A DNA stretch of 64,000 nt from Macrostomum lignano (lineage: Eukaryota). Made by a program: the position numbers and the translations under genes. This document shows, piece after piece, positions 63,276 through 64,000 of this stretch. Each line of letters opens with the position of its first letter. The stretch's first letter is position 1. The notes under the pieces are model-generated. The model made no database searches, was not told the origin of the DNA, and worked only from the letters and a program-made list of their open reading frames with translations. The DNA lies in contig NIVC01001396.1 of the NCBI GenBank assembly GCA_002269645.1, positions 124,001-188,000 of the forward strand, read 5' to 3'.

Positions 63276-64000
63276 GGCTAATATCCCTATTTGGTAAAAA
63301 AGTTACAAAACTCTTTTGGTTTGCAAAACACGCTTGCTTATTTAATCGTGAAGGCCAAATCCAAATTATGTATTAAACTAACGCAAATCTACGACGTAAA
63401 ACGCTCCACATCAGGAGGAAGCATCCTCGTTTCCCTAAAACTCGCTTTGTTTTTGGCAAACTGAAATTCAAGAGTTAGTCTTGTAACTTTATCTGCCACT
63501 CTCAGTGTGGGTTGCTGCTAATGCATGGGGCGTAATTGCCGCCGTTTGCTTCAGCGTAATCAGCTGCTTCTCGAAACAGAGCTTTGTTATCTTTGCTTTT
63601 AGCCCAGCTCGCGGACCCCGCCTTCGCGAGGTTTTTTTTCTTTGATTTTTCATTGATTCCCATGTCTAACGAGAAAATGTTTTATCATGTTCTCTAAGCA
63701 TTCGTTTGAATTAGTATGTTGGAAAGTTAGCTTTTATTATTTTATTCTTGACATCTGCATGATTCCTACCTCGGAGCCTCACCCCCCCCCACCCCAGACT
63801 CATAAAAAGCCTTCTGTGACAAGAAATATTTTCTGGCGAACTCTGCTTTCCTTGCTTAGCATTAATTATTTCTGGGTCTCCAAAAATCTGCAGCCACTCC
63901 CTTGGGACGGCAGCCTACTCGCCTTGCATGTCCTCTCGTCAGTCTGTCAGAAACAGTGTAACTTTAGCATAAATCACACAAATCACTTCCGTATGGCTTG

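Overview
Animal genomic DNA with GT-AG introns and an extreme load of micro- and minisatellites. The style resembles the flatworm Macrostomum lignano, but that is an inference from sequence style only. I rebuilt five host genes by hand from splice sites and reading phase, all on the + strand: (1) a 5'-partial SLC4 bicarbonate transporter (288-6573); (2) a secreted PAN-like/fibrinogen-C protein (7902-8903), with a truncated, frameshifted duplicate at 10800-11385; (3) a PTTG1IP homologue (12983-17900); (4) a 5-exon anion-selective GlyR/GluCl-type Cys-loop channel (21293-44726); (5) an Ldh_2-family dehydrogenase (47561-56324). Mobile DNA includes two tRNA/CORE-type SINE copies, mariner, Merlin-like and Tc1-like transposase relics, and a MITE. 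Most long ORFs in the track are translations of tandem repeats. The most unusual structures: reverse-complementary minisatellite arms bracket host exons; neighbouring minisatellites share sequence cores; a 6.2-kb satellite appears to be an amplified SINE 5' end (A-box); a CpG-free domain lies in the 5' half of the dehydrogenase gene; and a (GACT)n microsatellite supplies the channel's stop codon. All calls were made by eye, without database searches.
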